DNA of 63,575 bases, the filler included, from Chiloscyllium plagiosum (lineage: Eukaryota), in the NCBI RefSeq assembly GCF_004010195.1. It is 5 parts of one record of this genome, joined end to end, with 100 filler letters (N's around TTAATTAATTAA, not from the genome) between each part and the next. Parts side by side here need not be neighbours in the genome. Positions count along the whole stretch, not along the records: positions 35,309 to 48,416 come from NC_057717.1; positions 48,517 to 60,993 come from NC_057717.1; 3 more parts are not named here. The stretch is one strand, 5' to 3'. The position numbers and the translations under genes were made by a program. Each line of letters begins with the position of its first letter. The first letter of the stretch is position 1. The notes below the pieces were generated by a model, which ran no database searches, was not told where the DNA came from, and was given only the letters and a program-made list of their open reading frames with translations. Positions 37,700 to 50,329 of this stretch are shown one piece after another.

Positions 37700-40523
37700 G
37701 GTAAAATCAATGACTGCAGATGCTGGAAACAGATTCTGGATTAGTGGTGCTGGAAAAGCACAGCAGTTCAGTTAGCATCCGAGGAGCAGTAAAATCGACG
37801 TTTCTGGCAAAAGCCCTTCATCAGGAATACAAGTAGCATAGAGTACAATAGGTGAGTGGGTGAGGGGATGAAGCTGATAGGTCAGGGAGGATGGTGGAGT
37901 GGATATGTGGAAAAGAAGGTAGACAGGTAGAACAAGTCGTGGGGACAGTGCTGAGATGGAAGTTTGGAACTGGGGTGAGGTGGGGGAAGGGGAAATGAGG
38001 AAACTATTGAAGTCCACATTGATCCCCTTGGGTTTAAGTGTTCCGAGGCGGAAGATGAAGCATTCTGCCTCCAGGTGTCGGGTGGTGAGGGAGCGGCAGT
38101 GAAGGAGGCCCCAGACCTCCATTTTCTCGGCAGAGTGGGAGGGCGAGTTGAAATGTTGGGCCACAGGGCTGTGTGGTTGATTGGTGCGGGTGTCCCGGAG
38201 ATGTTCCCTGAAGCACTCTGTTAGGAGGCGTCCAGTCTGCCCAATGTAGAGGAGACCGCATCGAGAGCAACGGATGCAATAAATGATATTGGTGGATGTG
38301 CAGGCAAAACTTTGATAATGTATAAGGCTCCTTTTTGGGCCTTGGATGGAGGTTAGGGAGGAGGTGTGGGCGCAGGTTTTGCAATTCTTGCGGTGTCAGG
38401 GGAAGTTGCCAGGACGGGAGGGTGGGTTGTAGGGGGGCGTGGACCTAACCAGGTTGTCACGGAGGGAACGTTCTTCGAGGAAGGTGGAAAGGGGTGGGGA
38501 GGGAAATATATCCCTTGTGGTGGGGTCTGTTTGGAGGTGGCAGAAATGTCGGTGGATTATTTGGTTTATGCGAATGTTGGTAGGGTGGAAGGTGAGCAGC
38601 AGGGGTGTTCTGTCCTTGTTAAGGTTGGAGGGGTGGAGTATGAGGGCGGCGGTGCGGATGTGGATTAGATGCGTTGGAGGGCATCTTTAACCAGGTGGGA
38701 AGGGAAATTGTAGTCTCTAAAGAAGGAGGCCATCTAGTGTTTTCTGTGCTGGAGCTGGTCCTCCTGGGTGCAGATACGGTGGAGGCAGAGGAATTGGTAA
38801 TACGGGATGGCATTTTTGCAGGAGTTAGGGTGGGAAGAGGTGTAATCCAGGTAGCTGTGGGTTCTGGTGGGTTAGTAAAAAATGTCGGTGTCAAGTCGGT
38901 CGTCATTAATGGAGATGGAGAGGTCCAGAAAGGGGAAGGAAATGTCAGAGATGGTCCAGGTAAATTTAAGGTCAGGGTGGAATGTGTTGGTGAAGTTGAT
39001 GAATTGCTCAACCTCCTCGCCGGAGCACGAGGTGGCACCAATGCAGTCATTACTGTAGCGGAAAAAGAGGGTGGAGTGGTGCCGGTGTAATTAAGGAAGA
39101 TGGACTGTTCTACGTAGCCAACAAAGAGATAGGCATAGCTGGGGCCCATACCCATGGCTACCCCTTTGGTGTGGAGGAAGTGAGAAGAATCGAAGGAGAT
39201 ATTGTTAAGGGTGAGGGCCAGTTCGCCCAAACGAATGAGAGGTCGGTCGAAGGGTACTGTTGGGGACACCGGGAGAGGAAGAAAGGGAGGGCTTGGAGGC
39301 CCTGATCATGGCGGATGGAGGTGTAGAGGGACTGGATATCCATGGTGAAGATGAGGCATTGGGGGCCGGGAAACAGAATTCTTGGAGGAGGTGGAGGGCG
39401 TGGGTGGTGTCTCGAACGTATGTGGGGATTTCTTGAACTGGGGGGACAAGACAATTTTGAGGTAGGTTGAAATGAGTTCAGTGGGGCTTATCTCTCCACG
39501 CTTCAGGCTCTCTGCCTTTATTCCTGATGAAGGGCTTTTGCCCGAAACGTCGATTTTGCCTGTCCTCGGATGCTGCCTGAATTGCTGTGCTCTTCCAGCA
39601 CCACTGATCCAGAATCAGTGGGGCAGGAGCATGCTGAGACAATGGGTCAGCCAGGGTGGTCAGGCTTGTGGGTCGTGGGAAGGAGGTAGAACCGGGCAGT
39701 GCGGGGTGCCCGGTCTATGAGGTTGGAAGCTGTGGGTGGGAGATCTCCTCAGGGGATGAGGTTCTGTATGGTCTGGGAGATGATGCTTTGGTGATGGGGG
39801 TGGGTTCATGGTCGAGAGGACGGTAGGATGAGATGTTCTCGAGTTGGCGTCTGGCTTTAGCGGTGTAGACATCTGTGTGCCAGACTATCACTGTGCCCCC
39901 TTTATCTTCTGGTTTAATTTTGAGTTCAGGATTGGAGCAGAGGAATTGGAGGGTCACGCATTGTGAGGGTGAGAGGTTGGAGTGGGAAGGGGGTAGACAG
40001 GTTGAGGTGGTTGATTTCCCTGCAGCATTTGGAAATGAAGAGGTCGAGGGCGGGTGATAGGCCAGCACGGGGTGTCCAGGTGGATGCAGTGTGAGGAGGT
40101 GGGCGAAGGGGTCCTCGGAAAGTAGGCGGGAGTCCAGCTCGGAGGCGGAGGAAGCAGAAGAACTGTTCGACGTCACAGCGTGTATTAAATTTATTGATGT
40201 GTAGGCGGACGGAGATGAAGGTGAGTTCTTTGCTGAGGACTGATCGTTCTGTGAGGGGAGGTCTGGAGGGATGGTGAAAACTCGGCAGGGCTGGGAGCTG
40301 GGATCTGGTGTGGGTGTGGAGCAGGGAGTGGGGGCGGAGCTGGTAACTGGAGTGGGTGTGGTGGTGGGGGGAATGGGGGTGGAGTCATGAGCAGGCGTGG
40401 TGTTCCCCTCAGGGTTCGGACGGGCGGGAATGGTGAAAGTGGGATCTGTGGAGGACGTGTCAGCAGAATGCAGGTGAGTGGTGTTTGTGGGTGTGGAAGT
40501 GGTGGCAAACACGGCAGTAGGGG
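37700..40523 (-). mobile_element. Long Penelope-like element (Neptune-type; RT plus GIY-YIG), frameshifted
   Basis: IKPEDKGGTVIVW, FTMDIQSLYTSI, KGVAMG.GPSYAYLFVGYVEQ, EAECFIFRLGTLKPKGINVDF; terminus with hammerhead near 37795-37828. Confidence 0.93.
39521..39554 (+). ncRNA. Type I hammerhead ribozyme motif (intact core) in an inserted PLE terminus
   Basis: CTGATGA-A-GGGC(TTTT)GCCC-GAAA-C-GTC: conserved core, 4-bp stem II and palindromic ACGT stem III, as described for PLE hammerheads. Confidence 0.8.
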
Positions 40524-41745
40524 GCTATACAACTCTGCATGCTGGGAGGGCAACCGCTCCTGGTTTACCGATCAATGCAATGGGGTGGTGTGCATGGCTC
40601 TACATGTTAAGAGGGTAACTGCTCCTGGTTTACAGAACAATTCACTTGGGTGGGCAATACAGCTCTACATGCTGGGAGGGTAACTACCTCGGGTTTACAA
40701 ATCAATGCACTCGGGTGGTGTACACAGCTTTACATGCGGGGAGAGTAACTGTTCCTGGTTTACAAATCAATACACTGTTGTGGTGTACACCGTCCAACAT
40801 GCAGGTTGGGTAACTGCTTTTGGTTTACAGATCAATGCACTGGGGTGGTGCACACAGCTGCACATGTTGGGTGGTTAACTCCTTTTGGTTTGCAGTTAAA
40901 TGCGCTGGAGTGAGCTATACATCTGTACATGCTGGGATGTTAACTGCTCCTGGTTTTCCAGATCAATGCACTTGGGTGTTGTACGCAGCTCAACATGCTG
41001 GGAGGGTAACTGCTTCTGGTTTACAGATGAATGTTATGTTGCGTTGTACACAGTCCTACATGTTGGGAGGGTAACTCGTCCTGGTTTCCATATCAATGTA
41101 TTGAGGTGGTGCACACAGCTCGACATGCTGGGAGGGTAACTGCTCCAAGTTTACAGATCAATGCACTGGGGTGGTGTACGAAGATTCACATGGTTGGAGG
41201 GTAACTGCTCCTGGTTTACAGATCAGTGCACTGGTGTGGTGTAAGCAGCCCTACATGCTGGGAGTGTAACTGCACCTGTTTTACAGATCAACGCACTGGG
41301 GTGTTGTACACAGTTCTACATGGAGGGAGGGCAACTGCTCCTCGTTTACAGATCAATGCACTGGGCACTAACATGTAGAGCTGTGCACACCACCCCATTG
41401 CATTGATCGGTAAACCAGGAGCAGTTGCCCTCCCAGCATGCAGAGTTGTATAGCCCCCTACTGCCGTGTTTGCCACCACTTCCACACCCAAGTTGTACAC
41501 AGTCCTACATGCTGGGAGGGTAACTGGCCCTGGTTTACAGATCAATGCATTGGAGTGGTGTTCACAGCTCTACATGCTGGGAGGGTACCTACTCCTACTT
41601 TATGGATCAATGCACTGGGGTAGTGTATGCAGCTGTACATGCTGGGAGGGTAACGTCTCCTGGTTTACAGATCAATACACTGGAGTGGCGTGCACAGCTC
41701 TACATCCTGGGAGGGTAACTGCTCCTGGTTTACAGATCAATTCAC
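40524..41745 (+). repeat. 65-bp satellite, subfamily A (right part)
   Basis: Same unit as 37135-37698; interrupted at about 41367-41490 by an inverted segment. Confidence 0.95.
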
Positions 41746-42807
41746 AGATGATCACTGCACGGTTCTCTGTGCTCAAAAGACTATCTAGTTTAGTTTCATA
41801 GATAATGCAATGATGTGGTCTGTGGAGCTCCTCATGTTGGATGGATATAGGTTTCTGGTTTACACGTTATACCCTGCCGTAGTCTGAACAGCTCCCCGAT
41901 GTTGGACAGATATCTAGTCTGGGTTTATAGATGAATGCACCATTGTGGTCTTTACACCTCGGCCTGTTGGACTGATATCTAGACAGGGTTTATAGATCAA
42001 TGCACGGTTGTGGTCTGCATAGCTCCCTGTGTTGGACAGATATCTAATCCGTGTTTATATATCAATGCTCTGCTGAGGTCTGCTCACTTCGCCGGGGCTA
42101 GTCAGATATCTACTCCTAGTTTATAGATCAATGCACTGCTGTGGTCTGCACAGCTCCAGGTGCTGGACAGATATCTCATCCGGGTTTTTCTTCAATGCAC
42201 TGCTGTGGTCTGCACAGCTCCAGGTGCTGGACAGATATCTCATCCGGGTTTTTCTTCAATGCACTGCTGTGGTCTGCACAGCTCCAGGTGCTGGACAGAT
42301 ATCTCATCCGGGTTTTTCTTCAATGCACTGCTGTGGTCTGCACAGCTCCAGGTGCTGCGTGCTGGACAGATATCTAGTCCGGGTTTATAAATCAATGTCC
42401 TGCTGTGTTCTGCATAGCTCCCCGTGTTGGACAGATATCTAGTCCGGGTTTATAGATCAACGTACTGCTGTGTTCTGCACACATCGCCGTGCTGGTCTGA
42501 CATCCAGTCCTGATTTACAGGTTAAATTCACTGCTGTGGTCTGCACAGCTCCCTGTGCTGGACAGATATGTACTCTGGCTTTATAAATGAATGTCCTGCT
42601 GCGGTCTGCACAGCTCATCGTTCTGGACAGATATCTTGTCCGGATTTATAGATCAATGTCCTGCTGCCTTCTGCATCTCTCCCTGTGCTGGACAGATATC
42701 TAGTCCGAGTTTATAGATCAATGTCCTGCTCTGGTCTGCATAGTTCCCAGTGCTGGACAGATAACTAGTCCAGTTTATAGATCAATGCATTGCTGTGGTC
42801 TGCACAG
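41746..42807 (+). repeat. 64/65-bp satellite, subfamily B
   Basis: Unit gatcaatgcactgctgtggtctgcacagctccctgtgctggacagatatctagtccgggtttata; three identical 64-bp copies near 42128-42320. Confidence 0.95.
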
Positions 42808-43367
42808 AATTAATGTAAATGCACAGAAAGTATAAGACGTGAGAAGAGTGGCAGAGATGTCAGAAAATATGCATTGGTGCAAGAGCTGACATGTAGCATC
42901 TTGTCGGAGTTTCATCCTGTGAAAAATAGCAACTGGGAGAAGGGGAGATCCCACTCTGAAAAACAGAGAGTAGAACACACTGCGAATGGTTTACCACAGG
43001 TTAATAAACAAGCCCAAGAGGGTTGAAAGCAGATGAAAGGTCTCAGGTGTTTTCACAAGAACGGAGTGGAACACATAGAATTACAGAGTCAGTATTTTAA
43101 GAAGGGCACTGGGAAAACGAGGTTTTACGACCAGAAAGTGGGACACGTAAACTAACAGTGCTCGTCTTTAAAGAAAGGCATTGTGGGAAAATATGTGATC
43201 AAAGAGATGAAGTTAGTGGCATTAGTGGAATCAGTATGGGAAATCGCAAGAAAAGTCAAGGAATAGCAGGAGCTTGCACAGCCTAGGCAAGAACTGGGTA
43301 TGGGATTTGGTACCTGATATCGATAAAGAATTTGCCTCTGTGAGGACGTTTTACACAGGAAGAGCAG

Positions 43368-44280
43368 GGAGAAAGTGAGGACTGAAGATGCTGGATGTCA
43401 GAGTGCAGAGTGTGGATGGTGTTGAAAAATCACGGCAAGTCAGGCAGCATCCGAGGGGCAGGAGAATCCACATTTTGGGCATAAGGCCTTCATCAGGAAT
43501 GAGGCTAGTGGGTGGTGGGGCTGAGAGACAAATGGGAGGGGTGTGAGTTGGGGGGAAGGTAACAGAGAAAGCGATGGGTGGATGAATGTGAGGGAGAAGG
43601 TGATAGATCAGAGAGGGGAGTGGAGTGGACGGATGGGAAATGTGATGGACAGGTCAGAAACGCAGTGCCGAATTGGACGCTTGGGAGTGGGATAATGTTG
43701 GGGGAGGGGAAATGAGAAAGCTGTTGAAACACACATTTATCCCGTGTGGCTGCAGGGTACCAAAGTGGATTAAGAGGCATTCTTCCTCCAGGCATTGGTT
43801 GGTAATGGTTTGGTGATGGAGGAAGCCCAGGACCTGCATGACTCTGATGGAGTGCGAGAAGGAGTTGAAGTGTTCAGCCACGGGGCGGTGGGGTTGGTGG
43901 GTGAGGGTGTCCCAGAGATGTTCTCAGAAACAATCCGCAAGAAGACATCCTGTCTCCCAGATGTAGAGGAGAACACATCGGGTGCAACGGATGCTGTAAA
44001 TGACATTCATAGAGGTACAGGTAAATTTCTGATCGATGTGGAAGGATCCCTTGGGGCCTTGGACGGAGGTGAGGGGAGTGGTGTGGGCGCAGGTTTTGCA
44101 CTTCCTGTGGTGGCAGGGAAATGCAGCAGGAGTGGGGTGTAGACTGGTGAGGGGCATGAACCTGGCAAGAGAGTTGCGGAGGGAGTGGTCTCTCCGCATC
44201 CCTAGTAGAGGTGGGTAGGGAAATATAACTTCGATGGTGGGGTCCATTCGGAGGGGGCAGAAGTGACGGAGGATGCATCC
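43368..44280 (-). mobile_element. Penelope-like element 3' portion
   Basis: FPCHHRKCKTC, VIYSIRCTRCVLLYIWETG, LEEECLLIHFGTLQPHGINV; terminus 43368-43500. Confidence 0.9.
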
Positions 44281-44658
44281 TTTGCCATTGCATCATCCTC
44301 CACCACATCCGCCACCTACCATAGGGTATGTGAGTTAGTTAAATAGCGCCTGAACAGGGAAGACCATAGAATGAAACAAGTGGCAGATACAAACTCTGAA
44401 ATTGGGAGGTTTCCCCGTGGCGATGGCATAACAGAATTGTTACCAATGGTACAAAATGCATTCAAAGCCAGCTTTAGTGGCCGCTTCCAAATGGAGAACA
44501 AGTTGAGTCAGGTAAACTATCCGGTCAACATGCTGTATATATAAAAAAGACAATCGGGTATGTCATAGGAATATGTTTGAAATTCAAAGCTTGTGAGAAG
44601 ATTTGTAGCTCGGGTGCTCGTTGCTGTGGTTCTGTTCGCCGAGCTGGAAGTTTTTGTT

Positions 44659-44698
44659 GCAAACGTTTCGTCCCCTGTCTAGGTGACATCCTCAGTGC
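44659..44698 (-). ncRNA. Type I hammerhead ribozyme motif
   Basis: GCA-CTGAGGA-T-GTCACCTAGACAGGGGAC-GAAA-C-GTT-TGC; stem I GCA/TGC. Confidence 0.75.
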
Positions 44699-45082
44699 TT
44701 GGGAGCCTCCTGTGAAGCGCTTCGGCATTTATAGTGGTCTGTCCCTGCCGCTTCAGGTTGTCAGTTTCAGCTGTCCGCTGTAGTGGCCGGTATATTGGGT
44801 CCAGGTCCATGTGATTGTTGATGGAGTTTGTGGATGAGTGCCAAACTTTTAGGAATTCCCTGACTGTTCTTTGTTTCGCTTGCCCGATAATAGTAGTGTT
44901 GTCCCAGTCAAATTCATGTTGCTTGTCGTCTGCGTGTGTGTTTACTAGGGATATCTGGTCGTGTCGTTTCGTGGCTAGTTGATGTTCGTGGACAGCTGAA
45001 ACTGTCAACCGGAAGCGGCAGGGACAGGCCACTATAAATGCCGGAGGAAACACCACAGAAGCGCTTCACAGGAGGCTCCCAA

Positions 45083-45122
45083 GCACTGAGGATGTCACCT
45101 AGACCGGGGACGAAACGTTTGC
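45083..45122 (+). ncRNA. Type I hammerhead ribozyme motif (inverted twin of 44659-44698)
   Basis: GCA-CTGAGGA-T-GTCACCTAGACCGGGGAC-GAAA-C-GTT-TGC. Confidence 0.75.
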
Positions 45123-45159
45123 AACAAAGACTTCCAGCTCGGCGAACAAAACCACAGCA

Positions 45160-46700
45160 TATGTTGAAATCTTACTTTAATAGAGAGATGAAACTGGAGA
45201 AACAGGTGTTAGTTGTCAATCCCTAAAGGGACCAATTAAATCCACATGTCATAGAGTTTAATGTGCCTACAAATACTTTAAATAAAAAGGAAGTCCTTGG
45301 GGAGTGGGATAGGATAGCGAGCTATCTGTTGTAAGAGCAATGAACCCAGTTTATTGTTGTTGCAGCAAACAGAGGACATTTGCAGAAACAAGATGGGAGG
45401 ACTAAGAGTGTTGTGCATGAGGTGGAACTAGGGAATGCTGTTCTGATAACCAACATCCTTACAGGCATAATCCTCTCAAAGCCACACAGATCCAGACGAA
45501 GCGGTTGCAATGCTCAATGAAGATATCGAACCGAGTCAGAGCGAGTGGAGTACGCCGATTCTGTTAGTTCCCGAACCTGATGGGACTCGATGATTTTGAG
45601 TGGACTATTGGAAGGTCAACGCTGCAACAAAATCAGACTTCTATCGGATACCACGATTGGAGCACTGCATACTTAAATGTTGACAAGCCACACACATCAC
45701 AAAGTTGGATTGACTGCCTGGTTATTGACAGGTATTTTTATCAGAGAAAGTGAAAGACGTTTCTGCGTTTGTCACCACAAAAGGGCTATAGCAATTCCAA
45801 GTGATGTTCTTTGGAATGAAATATGCACTAGCCACATTCCAAAACCTCATGAATAGAGTTGTGACCACATTAATGAATTGTGCAGTTTATCTGTATGATG
45901 TAGTGATCTTTAGAAAGACATGGAAAGATCTCATGTGTCGGTTGGCAGAGCTTGTTGAACGTTTGCAAGAAGCAAAACTGGTCATAAACGAAATGAAAAC
46001 AGAATTTGCAAAGGCAAAGGTGACATTCATGGGACATTACATTGGACATCGAAGGTTGACTCCAAGTAACGCAAAGACGAAGGCCTTTGAGGAATTTCCA
46101 ATACCATTCTAGAAGAACGAGGAGCTTCGCTATTTGGGACTCAGTGGATTCTATCGGAGGTTTGTTCCAAACTTCAGCAGCTTCATGGCACCACTGATCG
46201 ATTTACTAAAACAGGAATCAAACGTTTAGTGGACAGAACAATGTCAGGAAGCATTGGTGAATTTTAAAGCAGTATTAACCACCGCACCAGTTTTAGCTGA
46301 AACAAATATTTTAAAACCCTTCAAAATTGTGATTGATTCTAACGATATAGGGATTGGAGTTGTATTGGTGCAGGAAGATAATAATGGGATTGTTTGGCCA
46401 ATTGGTTATTTGTCAAAAGAAACTCACCACCAATCAGAAATAAAAATACTCCACTATTGAAAAAGCATTATTGAGTTTGGTATTGGCTTCACAACATTTT
46501 AATGTTTATGTGACAAACAAATTGTCAGAGAGAGTTGTGGACAACAACGACAATCCTCTCGAATTTTTGAAAGATTTAAAGAATAAAATATGAGACTATT
46601 TTATTGGAGTCTTGTGTTACTGAATTTAACCTTACCAAACGTACATTTTGTGGGTCATAAAAAAGTGATAGCAGACGTGTTATCGTGGATTTAAAGGAAA
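45160..46700 (+). mobile_element. Gypsy/Ty3 LTR retrotransposon pol (RT, RNase H), decayed
   Basis: SEWSTPILLVP, VDYWKVN, MFFGMKYALATFQNLMN..YLYDVVIF, LGLSGFYRRFVPNFS, KPFKIVIDSNDIGIGVVLVQ..WPIGYLSK; many stops. Confidence 0.92.
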
Positions 46701-46878
46701 AAGTGCAAATAAGTTTTGACTTATTCCAGTCTGATATATGTGTGCAGAATTAATATGAATGGCATGACTGAGATTAATGACTTTTGTATTTCATAATAAT
46801 GGGATTAAGAATTAGAGGAAAAGAAATGAAGCTATCTTTTCATTCTGATGATTCATTTTTTTCTGAAATGGGCGGAGG

Positions 46879-47400
46879 TGTTATGAAGCCGAAAGCATGT
46901 CTGGTCACTTTAAGACAGAACGAGTTTTGTTGAATTTAAAGTACAGCCACAGATGCCAGCAAAAGGTCTCAACAGAGTTGGAAGTTTAAGTGAATGTTCC
47001 TGGCTACTCGTCTCTCTGTTGTTTTTTTCCCTGAAGCTGTTTTTTTCTTCCTGGATTGGAGAAATGTTTGGAACAATCTGTGTCTGAATTTTCTTTTTGC
47101 CAGGGGATGGGTTTATTGGAATGTTCCTGCATTGGAACAGTTCATGAGTAATTGTTTCTGGATATATTATCATGTTAACTTGTCCAATAGAGTTAAGTTA
47201 CTCCAAACTCCTCTCTCTTTGGTTTCATTGTATCCTTCATGTTTAAGTAAATGGTGTTTTGCTTACCACCGAGTAGTTTGACCAATCACACTGCATCTGG
47301 AACAGACACGTTATACTTCCTTTAAAATAAGAAAATATAGTGTCTAGGCGACGGCCTTCAAATATTTTCAAGCGGCTTTGGTGTGGTCCATCACGTGAGA
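46879..47400 (+). mobile_element. 3' LTR of the Gypsy element
   Basis: Purine-rich gaaatgggcggagg precedes a TGTTATG start; internal similarity to 62620-63000. Confidence 0.65.
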
Positions 47401-48416
47401 CTTCTTCTCTTCCTGAGTGATAGGCTGGAGGCACTGAATGGGCTATCCCTTTTCTTGTCCAATAGTGTGAATGGGTTGAATGACTTCCTCATATTCCTGT
47501 GAAACCAGTATGAGGTGCTGAATGAACTCTTATTTTACTGCGGCAATGTGCAGTGTCAGGCAGTGCTGTTACATGAATGTTACGGACCCGTTAACAGCAC
47601 AAGCCTCAATGGAGACCGGGTCATGCAGCACATGGATACAGACTGGTTCAGGAGATGACGGGGGACAAATTATTTTGAACATTGTGGCATCTTCAATGAA
47701 CATCCCCACTTCTGATCTTATGGTGGGGAGGGTAAGGCGGGGAGACATTGGTGAAGCAGTTGAAGATGTTTGTGAAGAGGAAGCTACACTGAGGATCTCC
47801 CACAGAGGTGACCCAGGACTGAGTTGATGAACATCTTCCTTTGGGTCATGTTTACCTCTAAACACTGGAGACGTTAGTCCAATTCAGTCCAATTTTATTA
47901 AGCTCCTTGATGTCAACAGAAGTCAACCACTGCCTTGATATCAGGGCTAGTCACTTTTACCTGAATCCTGTGTCAACCTCTTTTGTTCATATCAATAGGC
48001 TATAAGATAGGAGCAACAAGTGTTTTCTTCATACAGGTGTTATTGAATGTCTGAATTTCTCTTCTCAAGGGTGTTCGGGGTGCTATTGGTTATTGACCTG
48101 TCAGAGAGGTGAGGGCTGTTAAGAATTGGGTATGAAAGAGGATTTGAGACCAAAAGCAGATCAGCCATGATCTTAGGGAAGGGTAAGGCAGGCTTGGGGA
48201 GTCAACGACCTGCCCGTTTTTCTCATGTTCTCACATTCTGTTATTGGAAAGCTATTGGGTGTTATATTCATGAATGTTCTGTTATTGAATATTGCAGTCA
48301 GGGAGACCAGAGGATTTTGTGAGCCATCGCTGGGTGAGGGATGTGGGATGTATTCACAGTGAATCGGGGTCTATAACGTGACCAACAAATGAAGCACAAG
48401 TTTCAGAGAGGGGAAG

Positions 48417-48516
48417 NNNNNNNNNNNNNNNNNNNNNNNNNNNNNNNNNNNNNNNNNNNNTTAATTAATTAANNNNNNNNNNNNNNNNNNNNNNNNNNNN
48501 NNNNNNNNNNNNNNNN
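48417..48516. other. Artificial contig spacer
   Basis: N44-TTAATTAATTAA-N44. Confidence 0.97.
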
Positions 48517-48690
48517 CTCCCTCAGTACTGACCCTCTGACAGTGCGGCACTCCCTCAGTACTGACCCTCCGACAGTGCGGCACTCCCTCAGTACTGACCC
48601 TCCGACAGTGCAGGACTCCCTCAGTACTGACCCTCCGACAATGCGGCACTCCCTCAGCACTGACCCTCTGACAGCGCAGCACTCCCTCAC
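48517..48690 (+). repeat. 33-bp tandem repeat
   Basis: Unit ctccctcagtactgaccctccgacagtgcggca, about 5 copies. Confidence 0.95.
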
Positions 48691-48899
48691 TACTAATTGT
48701 GGGGTATGTACAGTGTTTTCCAGAGGTCAGATTGGATGACATGGATGACCACTGAGTGACATTCTGTGCACCCATCAGAAAGAGTCTTGAAGGCACCAGC
48801 CCTGATCTCACTTCCCGAGAGTTACTGATCTCTCAGCATTACTCCTCAGCTTTGACCAAAATCAAAGTATATTTTGAAAGGGTTCGGTTCTAGACTCAC

Positions 48900-48968
48900 C
48901 CCTCCTGCCTCAGCGTAACTCCCTCCAGGCTTCTGACTGTGATCAGGAACACTCTCTTCCACACCTCT
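48900..48968 (-). other. Candidate internal exon (69 nt)
   Basis: Acceptor ccaccttcccatcccacag| and donor GG|GTGAGT. Confidence 0.55.
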
Positions 48969-49119
48969 CTGTGGGATGGGAAGGTGGATTCACCATCCAC
49001 ACCAGAGCTCAGGGCTCAGAGTGATAAAACAAGGTGAGACTCCCAGTAACACAGCCACAGCAGTCACCAACACACTACCCAGCAAGTTCAATGTGATTTC
49101 AGCTGAGCTGTCCCTTCCC

Positions 49120-49650
49120 TGGGGAGTGTTTGACGGGGGACAGAGTCGAGGGAGCGTTACTCTATATCTAACGCCATGCTGTCCCTGCACTGAGGTGTGT
49201 TTGATGAGGGACAGTGTAGAGGGAGCTTTACTCTGTATCTCACCCCGTGCTGTCCCTGTCCTGGGGAGTGTTTGATGGGGGGACAGTGTAGAGGGAGCTT
49301 TACTCTGTATCTAACCCCGTGCTGTCCCTGTCCTGGGGAGTGTTTGATGGGGGACAGTGTAGAGGGAGCTTTACTCTGTATCTAACGCCATGCTGTCTCT
49401 GTCCTGGGGAGTGTTTGATGGAGAACAGTGTAGCGGGAGCATTACTCTGTATCTAACCCCGTGCTGTCCCTGTCCTGGGGAATGTCTGATGGAGGGACAG
49501 TGTAGAGGGAGCTTTACTCTGTATCTAACCCCGTGCTGTCCCTGTCCTGGGGAGTGTTTGATGGGGGGGACAGTGTAGAGGGAGCGTTACTCTGTATCTA
49601 ACCCCATGCTGACCCTGTCCTGGGGAGTGTCTGATGGAGGGACAGCGTAG
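49120..49650 (+). repeat. ~70-bp satellite
   Basis: Unit ctggggagtgtttgatgggggacagtgtagagggagctttactctgtatctaaccccgtgctgtccctgtc, about 7 copies. Confidence 0.95.
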
Positions 49651-50048
49651 TGTGTGAATGGTCAAGTCTCGAGTTGATTTACATGGGCGGTGAGGTTGCT
49701 AGCTTCGCTCGGTGCCGAGACAGGAGGCGCCGCACAGTCAGACGGAAAGTCTTAATGAGGTGACATTTTAATCTGTCTCCATTCAGAGGGGAATGATTAA
49801 GTTCAGCCAGTCGTGTCATCTCGAATGCTGACTAACAAGTTATTCAAATCGAATCATATGCCTGCCTGAGTCTCAGTTTGTATCCAGCCCCCAGCGTGTT
49901 TCATGGCAAAGTATAGTTTGCAAAACGCGAAGGTGCATGTTCCAACCGCTACCCGCGGGGGCGGGAATGGGGCCCGAGAGTAGTGCAGTGCACTCTATGA
50001 TGTGGTTGCTTCATTTCACAGGGAAATGCTGCCCGCTGGCACAGATAC

Positions 50049-50173
50049 CTGCCCTGTGGACCCTCGTTCTTCTCCCTGCGGGTCCCCTGCATTACTGTCT
50101 TCCCCTGTGCTGTCTTCAGACCCAGTGGGCGATGAGCTTCCAGGTTCAAATCCGACACCCCGGGGGGGCCTTC
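50049..50173 (-). other. Candidate internal exon (125 nt)
   Basis: Acceptor cgtttgcttcag| and donor CAG|GTATCT; purine-rich, non-repetitive body. Confidence 0.45.
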
Positions 50174-50329
50174 CTGAAGCAAACGCTAACGCAGGCCAAT
50201 TGGCAAGGGAGTGGGTGACCCCCGTCCCGACCACAGGCGACAGACACGTCTCTCAAAATTGACTCGCGGGATGTGGGCATCCCTGGCGAGGTCGGGTGAC
50301 CTCGGAAGGCACTCAGCTGCTCGGGCCCA

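Larger units (their letters stand above)
44590..45158. mobile_element. Second PLE family (Poseidon-like endonuclease tail) with inverted termini
   Basis: HEHQLATKRHD..FDWDNTTIIGQAKQRTVREFLKVWH..SINNHMDLDPIY; 44622-44723 is inverted at 45058-45158. Confidence 0.88.

Noticed and set aside
37135..42807. CRISPR-like array or repeat-protein gene
   Set aside because: Whole units repeat without unique spacers, 65 is not a multiple of 3, there are no cas genes, and the context is eukaryotic.
48700..48850. Fourth exon of the candidate minus-strand transcript
   Set aside because: Would need a ~49-nt intron with a weak acceptor, implausibly short for a vertebrate.
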